Part shown: positions 27,864 to 36,334 of the stretch, piece by piece | How the letters are laid out: every line of letters begins with the position of its first letter | Position numbering within the stretch: position 1 is the stretch's first letter | DNA from: an uncultured Treponema sp. | GTDB taxonomy: Bacteria > Spirochaetota > Spirochaetia > Treponematales > Breznakiellaceae | Assembly (NCBI GenBank): GCA_964425215.1 | Contig: CAYRLW010000004.1 | Span: forward strand, 64,919 to 128,918 | Reading direction: 5' to 3' | Length of the DNA stretch: 64,000 bases | The notes under the pieces: generated by a model | What the model was told of the DNA's origin: nothing | Database searches by the model: none | The model's input: only the letters and a program-made list of their open reading frames with translations | Translations under genes and position numbers: made by a program

Positions 27864-29447
27864 ATGATCAATTATACCAACTTCGATAAAACCGCTTCCT
27901 ACACAAAATTACTCTCCCTGGCTCCCCGGGGAAGGAATTTTAATTTCGTCGAGCACCTGACCGCCCAGCGGGTTAAAACCTGCGTGGTTCCCATGGCTTC
28001 GGGCTTGACCTATTCCTGGGCCGCCAAGGCGGTGGACGAACCAATTTTAGACGCCCTGCAGGCTCTAGCGGAGGAACAGGAACTGGTAGACAAGTATCTA
28101 GCGCTGGTGGACGGAGGGGTGATGAACCCGGGGGAAAAGCGTCTGGTACTGCACCATCTGCTCCGGGGCCAGGTGGGGAAACCGGTAATCCACGGGGGGA
28201 AAAATTTAGGGGAATTTTACGCGAACCAGGTTGAACGTTTTTCCGCTTTCGCCGACCGGGTGCACCGGGGGGAACTTCGGGGAAGCGGTGATAAACCCTT
28301 TGATACGGTCGTGCAAATCGGTATCGGCGGGTCCGACTTAGGTCCCCGGGCTTTGTACCTGGCCCTGGAGAATTGGGCCGAGGCCCAGGGGCGAAAGCGT
28401 ATGACCGCCCATTTTATTTCCAACGTGGACCCCGATGACGCATCCTCCGTAATCTCCAAGCTTCGTTTGGAAACCACCCTTTTTATCCTGGTTTCTAAAA
28501 GCGGTACCACCCAGGAGACCCTGGCTAACGAACTTTTTGTCCAAGGAAAATTAAAAAAGGCCGGTCTGGATCCGGCAAAGCACCTGGTCGCGGTTACCAG
28601 CGAAACCAGCCCCTTGGCCCACAATCCCCACTATGTGGATTTCTTTTACATCGATGATTTTATCGGGGGGCGATACTCGGCCACCTCCGCCGTTGGAGGC
28701 GTCATTTTATCCCTGGCCTACGGGAAAGAGACCTTCCAGGAGCTTTTACGGGGAGCCCATCAGGCGGACTTGAGCGCCCTTGAACGGGATTGCCGGAAAA
28801 ACCCCGCCCTTTTGGACGCCCTTATCGGCGTGTGGGAACGAAATTTCCTGGGGTACCCCACCACGGCCATTCTTCCCTACAGCCAAGCCCTGTCCCGTTT
28901 CCCCGCCCACCTGCAACAGCTGGATATGGAATCCAACGGCAAACGGGTGAACCGAAACGGGGAGCCCCTGGGTTACTCCACGGGTCCCATCGTATTTGGC
29001 GAACCGGGGACCAACGGGCAACATTCCTTTTATCAACTGCTCCATCAGGGAACCGATCCGGTGCCTCTGCAGTTTGTCGGCTTCCTGGAAAGCCAGAGAC
29101 GGGACGATGTGGAAGTGGACGGTTCTTCCAGCCAAACAAAACTCAAGGCCAACTTGGTGGCCCAAATCGTAGCCTTTGCCAAGGGTAAAACCGATGGGGA
29201 TAAAAACAAGGAGTTTCCCGGCGGCCGGCCTTCCAGCGTCATTGTGGGGCCGTCGCTTAACGCCGAAACCCTGGGAACCCTGCTGGCCCACTTTGAAAAT
29301 AAGGTAATGTTCCAGGGGTTTGTATGGAATATCAACAGTTTTGACCAAGAGGGGGTTCAACTGGGTAAGATCCTTACCAAGAAGGTCCTCTCCGGCGACT
29401 CTGGGGATCCGGCATTGTCGGCCTACTCCCAATTACTCCACGTATAG
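27864..29447 (+). CDS. pgi: glucose-6-phosphate isomerase
   Basis: 527 aa; PGI signatures (IGIGGSDLGP, SKSGTTQET, GGRYS, QQLDMESNGK). Confidence 0.9.
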   Translation: MINYTNFDKTASYTKLLSLAPRGRNFNFVEHLTAQRVKTCVVPMASGLTYSWAAKAVDEPILDALQALAEEQELVDKYLALVDGGVMNPGEKRLVLHHLLRGQVGKPVIHGGKNLGEFYANQVERFSAFADRVHRGELRGSGDKPFDTVVQIGIGGSDLGPRALYLALENWAEAQGRKRMTAHFISNVDPDDASSVISKLRLETTLFILVSKSGTTQETLANELFVQGKLKKAGLDPAKHLVAVTSETSPLAHNPHYVDFFYIDDFIGGRYSATSAVGGVILSLAYGKETFQELLRGAHQADLSALERDCRKNPALLDALIGVWERNFLGYPTTAILPYSQALSRFPAHLQQLDMESNGKRVNRNGEPLGYSTGPIVFGEPGTNGQHSFYQLLHQGTDPVPLQFVGFLESQRRDDVEVDGSSSQTKLKANLVAQIVAFAKGKTDGDKNKEFPGGRPSSVIVGPSLNAETLGTLLAHFENKVMFQGFVWNINSFDQEGVQLGKILTKKVLSGDSGDPALSAYSQLLHV

Positions 29448-29456
29448 GAGGAATAT

Positions 29457-31499
29457 ATGAGATATACCGATTTTCGTATTCGCGCCACGGTGGAACTGTT
29501 TGTCACCTTTATAGTGACCCTGTTGGTTCTGTCGGGGATCGATATAGCCCATTCGGCCATCGTCTGGAACGTATCGGACCTGCGGCCCCTGATGGTACGG
29601 GAATTAAGCCGGATCTTTATCTTTGTTCTTCCCGCTCTTATCCCCCTGGCTCTGTACTTTATTTATTTTTTGGGCCCCTTGCACCGGAGTTTCGTAAAAA
29701 TTATGGGAGGCCAGAGCATCGGCGCGGAGGAACGTTCCCAGGCTTTCGCGGTCCTACGCCGCCTTCGGCCCACCATGGTCGTCTTAACGGTGATCGCCTA
29801 TCTGTTGCCTAGCCTCATGCTCCTGATTACCGAAGCCCAATCCCTCTTTTCCCTTACGGGAATTCTCTCTGCCCTTTTAAAAATCAATATCGCCATCGTG
29901 GTATCCCTAATTATGTCTTCCCTCATCCTTCGGCATATCATGGTACCCCGGCGTCTTTTGGGAATTTACGATTTTGACGAAAAAACGGAACGGGAAATGG
30001 GTTTGCGAAGCCGGATCATCCTTACTACCCTGTTTTTAGTTTCCTTCGTCATGCTGTACTTTGTCTATGAAAATTTGGGGATTATCGATAAACAAATCAG
30101 GTATTCCAAGTACCTGGAACAGGTGGTAGCGGGTACCATGGATATAAAGGGCGCCGAAGGGGCCTTTAAAAAAGAGGGAGCCCAAATTCTTCACGTGAAC
30201 CCTGAATCTATCGAATTTCCCTTTACCGAAAGGGCCGAAGCGATGGTTGAAAATACGCGGTCCATCGAGGCCCTGGGCATCCTGGCTCTGATTCTTCTTT
30301 TTGTGGCGTACCTGGTCCAACGGGTGGTGGCCGAAGAAACCCTGCGGCAGGTTACCTATATGAAAAAAACCTTAAACGACATGCTTGCGGGGTCGGGGGA
30401 CCTGACCAAGCGGATCGATATTACCCAATACGATGAGGTGGGTTCCCTTGCGGCGTCTTTGAACAAACTGTTGAATAAACTGCAGGGGATATTCTTGGAG
30501 ATTAAAAAAGCCGGGCGGACCTCCGCGGACGTATCGGTACAGCTGGGGTCCGAAATAGAGGATACCTCGGCGGTGGCCCAAGAAATGTCAGCCAGCATAG
30601 AACAGGTTAGTCGGAGCGTTAAAGTAAAACAGTCGGTGGTACAGAAAACCAGCGAAGATCTTAAGACGGTGTTCGAATCCCTGGATAGTATTACCGCCAG
30701 CGTGGATTCCCAGGCGGCTTTTGTCAATCAAACCTCCAGTGCGGTAAACGAAATGGCCGCCAATATAAAGTCCGTATCCCAAGCCACCGGTCGGGCGGAT
30801 CAATTGGCCCAGGGCTTGGGAAACGCCGCCCAAGAGGGGGCCAATTCGGTAAATGATTCGATACGGGCCATCCAGGAAATCGAGGCTTCCAGCCGCATGG
30901 TGGCGGATATCGTTACGGTGATTTCTAAGATTTCCGCCCAAACGAACCTGTTGGCCATGAACGCCGCCATCGAAGCGGCCCACGCGGGGGACGCGGGCCG
31001 GGGCTTCGCTGTCGTTGCCGAAGAGGTCCGCAACCTGGCCGAATCCAGTTCCAAGAGTACCAAAGAGATCAGCGCCCATATTAAAGAAATGCTTTCGGCG
31101 GTAAAGAATGGGGTTCACCTTTCCGAGAAAGCCGGTTCTTCCCTGGAAAAAATTTCCACGGACGTACAATCGACCACCAATTTGATCCGTGAGATAGCCA
31201 ACGCCATGGCGGAACAAAATATTGCCGCTACTGAAATTCTCGATTCCATCGGTAATTTGGTCAACGAAACCCAATCTATCCGCCAAAACGCCCTGGAACA
31301 GAAGGAACGGAACGCGGGGATCCGTCAAGAGGTAGACCATATCACCGAAGCGTTTACCGAAATCGTGGGCGCTACAGAAGAACAGATCGAAGGAAGCCAG
31401 CGGATCCTTCACGCCGTGGCGGATTTGGTAAAAATTGAACAAAAGAACCGGGAAATCGCTGAAAAATTAAAGGAGCTGGTGGAGGGCTTTAACCTGTAG
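29457..31499 (+). CDS. methyl-accepting chemotaxis protein
   Basis: N-terminal TM helices, HAMP, highly conserved MCP signalling hairpin ([32 protein letters not shown]). Confidence 0.85.
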   Translation: MRYTDFRIRATVELFVTFIVTLLVLSGIDIAHSAIVWNVSDLRPLMVRELSRIFIFVLPALIPLALYFIYFLGPLHRSFVKIMGGQSIGAEERSQAFAVLRRLRPTMVVLTVIAYLLPSLMLLITEAQSLFSLTGILSALLKINIAIVVSLIMSSLILRHIMVPRRLLGIYDFDEKTEREMGLRSRIILTTLFLVSFVMLYFVYENLGIIDKQIRYSKYLEQVVAGTMDIKGAEGAFKKEGAQILHVNPESIEFPFTERAEAMVENTRSIEALGILALILLFVAYLVQRVVAEETLRQVTYMKKTLNDMLAGSGDLTKRIDITQYDEVGSLAASLNKLLNKLQGIFLEIKKAGRTSADVSVQLGSEIEDTSAVAQEMSASIEQVSRSVKVKQSVVQKTSEDLKTVFESLDSITASVDSQAAFVNQTSSAVNEMAANIKSVSQATGRADQLAQGLGNAAQEGANSVNDSIRAIQEIEASSRMVADIVTVISKISAQTNLLAMNAAIEAAHAGDAGRGFAVVAEEVRNLAESSSKSTKEISAHIKEMLSAVKNGVHLSEKAGSSLEKISTDVQSTTNLIREIANAMAEQNIAATEILDSIGNLVNETQSIRQNALEQKERNAGIRQEVDHITEAFTEIVGATEEQIEGSQRILHAVADLVKIEQKNREIAEKLKELVEGFNL

Positions 31500-31503
31500 G
31501 TAT

Positions 31504-31540
31504 TTCAACGAAGATTGAGCAATGCTCAACCTTCGTTGAA
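31504..31540. other. extended stem-loop between convergent MCP and peptidase genes
   Basis: ttcaacgaag-a-ttgagc-aat-gctcaa-c-cttcgttgaa; flanked by an A-run, not a U-tract, so not a canonical terminator. Confidence 0.4.
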
Positions 31541-31549
31541 TAAAAAAGA

Positions 31550-32449
31550 TTACAGTTCCCCCCGCTCAAAACCGCAGAGGATACAGGAAAAGTTTACAAT
31601 CATTTTAAAGCTCGATTCGGTTAACCGTTCCGCCCTATCCCCATCGCCGTGAAGGTCCTTCCACGTCTGGGGATACGCGGGGGACGGGATCCCCCGACTA
31701 GCATCCCCCGAGGCGATAAGGGTTCTGGCTAATCGGGGTTGTCGACGGAGGGCCTGGGCTAAGGGGGCCGCTTCCTCCGCCGGGAGCACCGTGATCGTTT
31801 GGGCCGCCATGCGGGCGGCCAAAAATCCCGCGTCGTCGGAGAATGGGGTGGGCATCAGGAGGATTTTTTCCAGAGATAGCTCCCTGGCGCTCCGGAGGGC
31901 CCGGGAGCGGAGTTCCTGGACCGCCTTCTGGGTCGCCCCCACCCTGGGGCCCCGTTCCCCCCGTAACAGATGGTCCACCGTGGTGGAAATGATCAGGGTG
32001 TCTCCCCGTCCACAGGCGTCAAAAATGTAAAAATGAGCCCCCGCAAAGCCTATGCTTCGGAACGCTACCGCTAGACTATAGGCCCCCTGGCCTCGGATTC
32101 CCCGGTTTTTAGGGATCTCCTCTTGGTCGGTAAAGACGATGGTCCAACCCCGTTTGTCCGCTTTCCGAAGTCTTTGCGCCGCTTCAACCAGCTGAAAAAC
32201 CGCCGCCCCGTTATCGTTGGCCCCGGGACTGGGGGAAACCCTATCGTAATGGGCTATGAGAACCGTGGAAGCGCTGGATTTTTCCGTACCGGTTAGGGAG
32301 CGGGGGGGACCTACGATTATATGCCGTCCCGATCCAAGGGTAACCACCGTAGGATCCAGGTTCCTGTCCCCCAGATACCGGTGTAGTACGGAAAAACGGT
32401 CCGCTTCGGGGGCGATAAATTGGGAAAACCAAGGATCGTGGGGGCCCAT
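31550..32449 (-). CDS. M28-family peptidase-like protein
   Basis: LIAHYDRV...GANDNGAAV (HxD...DNxxG metal-binding pattern of M28/M20 peptidases). Confidence 0.5.
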   Translation of the reverse strand: MGPHDPWFSQFIAPEADRFSVLHRYLGDRNLDPTVVTLGSGRHIIVGPPRSLTGTEKSSASTVLIAHYDRVSPSPGANDNGAAVFQLVEAAQRLRKADKRGWTIVFTDQEEIPKNRGIRGQGAYSLAVAFRSIGFAGAHFYIFDACGRGDTLIISTTVDHLLRGERGPRVGATQKAVQELRSRALRSARELSLEKILLMPTPFSDDAGFLAARMAAQTITVLPAEEAAPLAQALRRQPRLARTLIASGDASRGIPSPAYPQTWKDLHGDGDRAERLTESSFKMIVNFSCILCGFERGEL

Positions 32450-32577
32450 AGAACCTAGCGTTGCCGGGGAATAAACGTTTGGCTGGGACGGATCAATTCC
32501 ATCCTTCCTTCACCAATCTGGAGACCATAATCCCTCATGACGGTGGCACCGCAGTATAGGGTCATACCATTACTTCC

Positions 32578-33498
32578 TTATGAACGATTTTTAAAACGAG
32601 ACCGTAGAAACGAAAGAACGGACATCACTAAATTTTGGGGTTTTTTACCGTATTTATTGGAGAAATCCCGGGCCGCCTCGGTAAGGGAAAATTGTCCCCC
32701 GTACTTTTTTTTCAAAAAATCCCAGTGTTTTACAATCCAGACGTACAGATCCGCCGGGGTTCTGCCGGGGAAACGGGTGTAAAGCCGTTCTTCTTTTATA
32801 ATATCGATAATAGGTTGGTAAACGTTATTATACCAAGAAATAAGGGCGTCTTCAAAACCAATTTCCCCATTAGCCCGTTCGTTTAAAAAGTATTTGTGCA
32901 CCAAAATATGGTTATAGATAACGTCGTACCGTCCGGGGGCCGAAAAGTCCAAATCCTCACAGCCCGTAAGCTCGGCAAATTTTGTTTTTTCGTAGAACAA
33001 TTTTTTTTCAAAATCGATGACCGCTTGACGTAGTTCCTCGGTGGTCATGGACGGATCGATTTGAATTTCGCTGGCTAGGCTGGTAACCTCCGCGTCGATG
33101 GAATAGGACCCCTGGGTTCGGGCTACCGAGACCCTATGGTTGCCGTCCCGAACAAAATATACCCCCCCAATTTCGTAGAGCTGGATAGGGGGCAAAATAA
33201 TATCATTGATATGGGCCATATCCACCCGCTCCCATCTTTGCCGCAGGTGGTCCGATCGGGGCAGAAAAAATTTGTTAAAATCCCGGTAGCGTCCTTCGCT
33301 TCCCACAATTTTATCTAAGGGCACCACCTGCATACCCTTGTAGGTCTCGTTCCTCGGTTTAAGGATTTCCTTTACGTCGTTAAACGAGAGGAGCTTATCC
33401 TTATCCGTATTCATAAAATGTTGAATCCGTGAAAACATGGCCTTGAAACGGGCCTTGGAAAAATCTTCCGACGCTTGCATGCTGTGGGGATCGGTCAT
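32578..33498 (-). CDS. ParB/Srx-fold (ParB-like nuclease domain) protein with unknown C-terminal domain
   Basis: VVPLDKIVGSEGRYRD...IGGVYFVRDGNHRVSVAR matches the ParB N-terminal domain DGxHR motif; ATGA-coupled to the upstream gene. Confidence 0.5.
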   Translation of the reverse strand: MTDPHSMQASEDFSKARFKAMFSRIQHFMNTDKDKLLSFNDVKEILKPRNETYKGMQVVPLDKIVGSEGRYRDFNKFFLPRSDHLRQRWERVDMAHINDIILPPIQLYEIGGVYFVRDGNHRVSVARTQGSYSIDAEVTSLASEIQIDPSMTTEELRQAVIDFEKKLFYEKTKFAELTGCEDLDFSAPGRYDVIYNHILVHKYFLNERANGEIGFEDALISWYNNVYQPIIDIIKEERLYTRFPGRTPADLYVWIVKHWDFLKKKYGGQFSLTEAARDFSNKYGKKPQNLVMSVLSFLRSRFKNRS

Positions 33499-34169
33499 TT
33501 TTGATCTCCTGTTTCGACAATATAATGGCTATAGGCGTTTATTATTTGCGTGTTTTGATACCGGGAAGTTCGAACATCCGCTAAATCGTACAGATGAATA
33601 TGACCATGGATAAGGTATTTGGGCTTAAAAATACGCATAAACCACAAGAAGGCGGAAAAGCCCCTATGGCAGGGGTCATCCTTGTCGTGGATCCCCTTGG
33701 GAGGGGCGTGGGTCAGGAGGATATCCACAAAGCGACCCCGTAAAAGCCGATTAAAAAGCAATTTTGGCAACAGTTTAATAATTTCCAGATTCATCTGAAA
33801 GTTTGTGTACTGGTTTTTTCCGTTGTTGTACCGCAGAGATCCCCCCAACCCCATAAGAATCAGGTTCCCTTCCCGTACAACGCGGGACCCCAGGTGTGTG
33901 GCCCCGGAAGAACGAACCGCCGCTTCGTCTATGGGATTCTGTTGGCGAAACCTATCCTCAAAACCCGGTTTATACAGACCCAATTCGTTTAAGTTATGGT
34001 TCCCAAAGACAAAAAAAAGGGGCTTATTAAGGCTGGTAACGATAAACTCCAGGTATTCCATAGGTAAATCCCCGGCGCTCAAGACCAGATCCACGTCCTC
34101 GAATCGATCTTTTATGGAATTACTGTAGATGAGGGGGTCGATCTGATCGGACACGCAGAGGATTTTCAT
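33495..34169 (-). CDS. calcineurin-like metallophosphoesterase
   Basis: Metallophos motifs: D..(SAGDL), GNHN, THAPP, GHIH; ATGA-coupled on both sides. Confidence 0.75.
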   Translation of the reverse strand: MKILCVSDQIDPLIYSNSIKDRFEDVDLVLSAGDLPMEYLEFIVTSLNKPLFFVFGNHNLNELGLYKPGFEDRFRQQNPIDEAAVRSSGATHLGSRVVREGNLILMGLGGSLRYNNGKNQYTNFQMNLEIIKLLPKLLFNRLLRGRFVDILLTHAPPKGIHDKDDPCHRGFSAFLWFMRIFKPKYLIHGHIHLYDLADVRTSRYQNTQIINAYSHYIVETGDQK

Positions 34170-35551
34170 GATCGGTGTATATTCCCGTAAATGTCCACTT
34201 TATCCAACAGTTCCTGAAGCTGATCCTTATTGATCAATTCTACCGGACGAGAATCGGCGAACTCCATGGCTGAACGGGTAAAGCCCGAACTGGTAACGAT
34301 TACCGCGCGGTTAATATTAAGCTGTTTTATTTTTTCCAAAATGGTCCGTACCGTCGATTCATCCACCATTTCGGGCATCCGGAAAAACCTGATAAGCCGG
34401 GGCATTTTACGGACGTTTCGCCACTTAGCCGAATCGCCCTCCACGGCGATAATATCGCACCCGTTGGGGAGTTCTGTGGTATCCCGTACCTGGAGCGATA
34501 GACCCTGGGATACGAGGGCTTTACAAAATTCCATAAACTCCGCCTGGCTTGCCGTCAGGTAATCTTTCATCTTATCGTCGGTCCGGAATTCCTGGTAGTG
34601 GGAAAGTTTTTCCGCCACGTCTCTAAAATTGGGCTTTTTAGCGTAGATTTTTTCCCATTGTTCCACGGCCCTGTCTAATTCTCTGGTTTTTTCAAAGCAC
34701 ATGGCCAAAAAATACCGGGCGTATAGGGTTTCCTGACTGGATTCTTCGGTGGAAACCTTAATGGCCCGCTCCAATTCGGTTACCGCCTTATCGATGGCGT
34801 TCATGCTCATATAACAGCCCCCCCGTTCGACCAGAGCCTTGACCTTGAGCTGACTGTCCCGTTGGGCCTTTTCAAAGGAAAGTAGGGCCGCCACGTAATC
34901 GTGGGCGTCCTTTTGTAGTTTACCCAAATAATAAAAAGCTTGGGCGTTATCACCCTGATACTTAATCGACGCTTCTAGTTCCGCCTTCGCTTCTATGGTT
35001 CTTTTCTCTTTATAGAGGAGCATTCCCAATTCAAAGTGGGCTTTGGAGTGCTTGCCGTCCAATTCCACCGCTTTACGAAGGTAGTTTTGCGCCATATCGG
35101 AACGGTTTCGTTCAAGGAACAGCTTGCCTGCCCAGTAATAATGTTCCGCTTGGAAGGGATCCAGTTTTACCAACAACAGGTATTCCTTTAGGGCTTCTTC
35201 GGTTTGATTGAAACGAAGGAACAACTGGGCCATGGTCTTACGGAAATCCGTTTCGGGAATCGTGGGGCCGAAAGAACCGATCTGATTGACCGTTTTGTAT
35301 TCCATAAGGGCTAGCTCGTCCTTATGGTCCGCTAGGTAGGCTTGACCCAAAAGATAGTGGGCCTCCGCGTTACGGGGATCCCGGGCGATGATAGCCTTAG
35401 CGCCCTTAGCGGCGGTTTGAACTTTTCCCTGTTTAATCAGTCCTTCCAGCATCTCGATGCGTTTAGGAACCACGAAGGATTTAATTAAAAAAAACGCTAA
35501 AAATCCTACGCCGATTCCGAGAAGGATGATGATTAGAATCGCAATGGTCAT
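34166..35551 (-). CDS. TM-anchored TPR protein with C-terminal Mrr_cat-like restriction-endonuclease-fold domain
   Basis: N-terminal TM helix; about 8 TPR repeats; C-terminal roughly 110 aa (FMEFCKALVSQG...GCDIIAVEGD...AVIVTSSGFTRSAMEFA...ELINKDQL) follows Mrr_cat architecture; catalytic Lys not obvious. Confidence 0.5.
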   Translation of the reverse strand: MTIAILIIILLGIGVGFLAFFLIKSFVVPKRIEMLEGLIKQGKVQTAAKGAKAIIARDPRNAEAHYLLGQAYLADHKDELALMEYKTVNQIGSFGPTIPETDFRKTMAQLFLRFNQTEEALKEYLLLVKLDPFQAEHYYWAGKLFLERNRSDMAQNYLRKAVELDGKHSKAHFELGMLLYKEKRTIEAKAELEASIKYQGDNAQAFYYLGKLQKDAHDYVAALLSFEKAQRDSQLKVKALVERGGCYMSMNAIDKAVTELERAIKVSTEESSQETLYARYFLAMCFEKTRELDRAVEQWEKIYAKKPNFRDVAEKLSHYQEFRTDDKMKDYLTASQAEFMEFCKALVSQGLSLQVRDTTELPNGCDIIAVEGDSAKWRNVRKMPRLIRFFRMPEMVDESTVRTILEKIKQLNINRAVIVTSSGFTRSAMEFADSRPVELINKDQLQELLDKVDIYGNIHRS

Positions 35552-35569
35552 GACGTATACCGCCTCGTT

Positions 35570-36334
35570 GTGCTATCCTTTCTTTACATGAAGAGTAATT
35601 ATTTTAGATCACCCTGTCAAACCGTACGGCGAAGGATAGGGATTTCTCTTTTTATTTTTCTTTCGGTTTCGGTAATGTCGGTTTCTGTAACGGCCCAAAC
35701 GACCTTTTCCAAGGCCGAGGACTTGTTTTTGCGAAATAAACCCCAGGACGCCGTGGCCTACTTGGAAAAGGCGGTGGCCGAAGACCCGGCGAATACCAAG
35801 GCGGCCCTATATTTGGGCATAACGTACCAACAGTTGGGCCGTACCGACGACGCGATCGCCACTCTGAGAAAATTATTGCCCCGGGCGGGGGATCAAAGCG
35901 CCCTGGTGGCTTTTAATTTGGGTAACGTGTATTTTTCCAAAGGGTCCGCCGTGTTCGCGGAGCAGTATTATACCCAGGCCATCCAGGCGGACGGCAACTT
36001 TAGTTCCGCCTTTCTCAACCGGGCAAACGCTCGAATCAAAACGGGGGCCCTTAAGGATGCGGTGTCGGATTATCAAACCTACCTAACCTTGGAACCCTCT
36101 TCGCCCAAGAGGCCCCAGATCGAAAAACTGTTAGCCCTGATCCAGGATCAATTCGCTACGGAGGAACGTCAAAAGGCCGCCCAGGAAGCGGCGGCCAAGG
36201 CGGAGGAAGAACGGCGTAAAAAATTGCTGGAAGAAGTTTCCTCTTCCCTGCAGAGCGCCGCCGACGAAACGAAGGGGCTTCAAGCGGGTTCCGAGGATGT
36301 CAAAACCTACGACGGACAGTTTGAACTGCAATAA
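35570..36334 (+). CDS. TPR-repeat (lipo)protein
   Basis: Signal peptide, 4-5 TPR repeats, C-terminal coiled coil (EERQKAAQEAAAKAEEERRKK). Confidence 0.6.
   Translation: MLSFLYMKSNYFRSPCQTVRRRIGISLFIFLSVSVMSVSVTAQTTFSKAEDLFLRNKPQDAVAYLEKAVAEDPANTKAALYLGITYQQLGRTDDAIATLRKLLPRAGDQSALVAFNLGNVYFSKGSAVFAEQYYTQAIQADGNFSSAFLNRANARIKTGALKDAVSDYQTYLTLEPSSPKRPQIEKLLALIQDQFATEERQKAAQEAAAKAEEERRKKLLEEVSSSLQSAADETKGLQAGSEDVKTYDGQFELQ

Noticed and set aside
30588-31442. 284-aa antisense ORF inside the MCP gene
   Set aside because: Overlaps the most conserved MCP signalling region; Gly-rich translation typical of antisense of GC-rich coding DNA.
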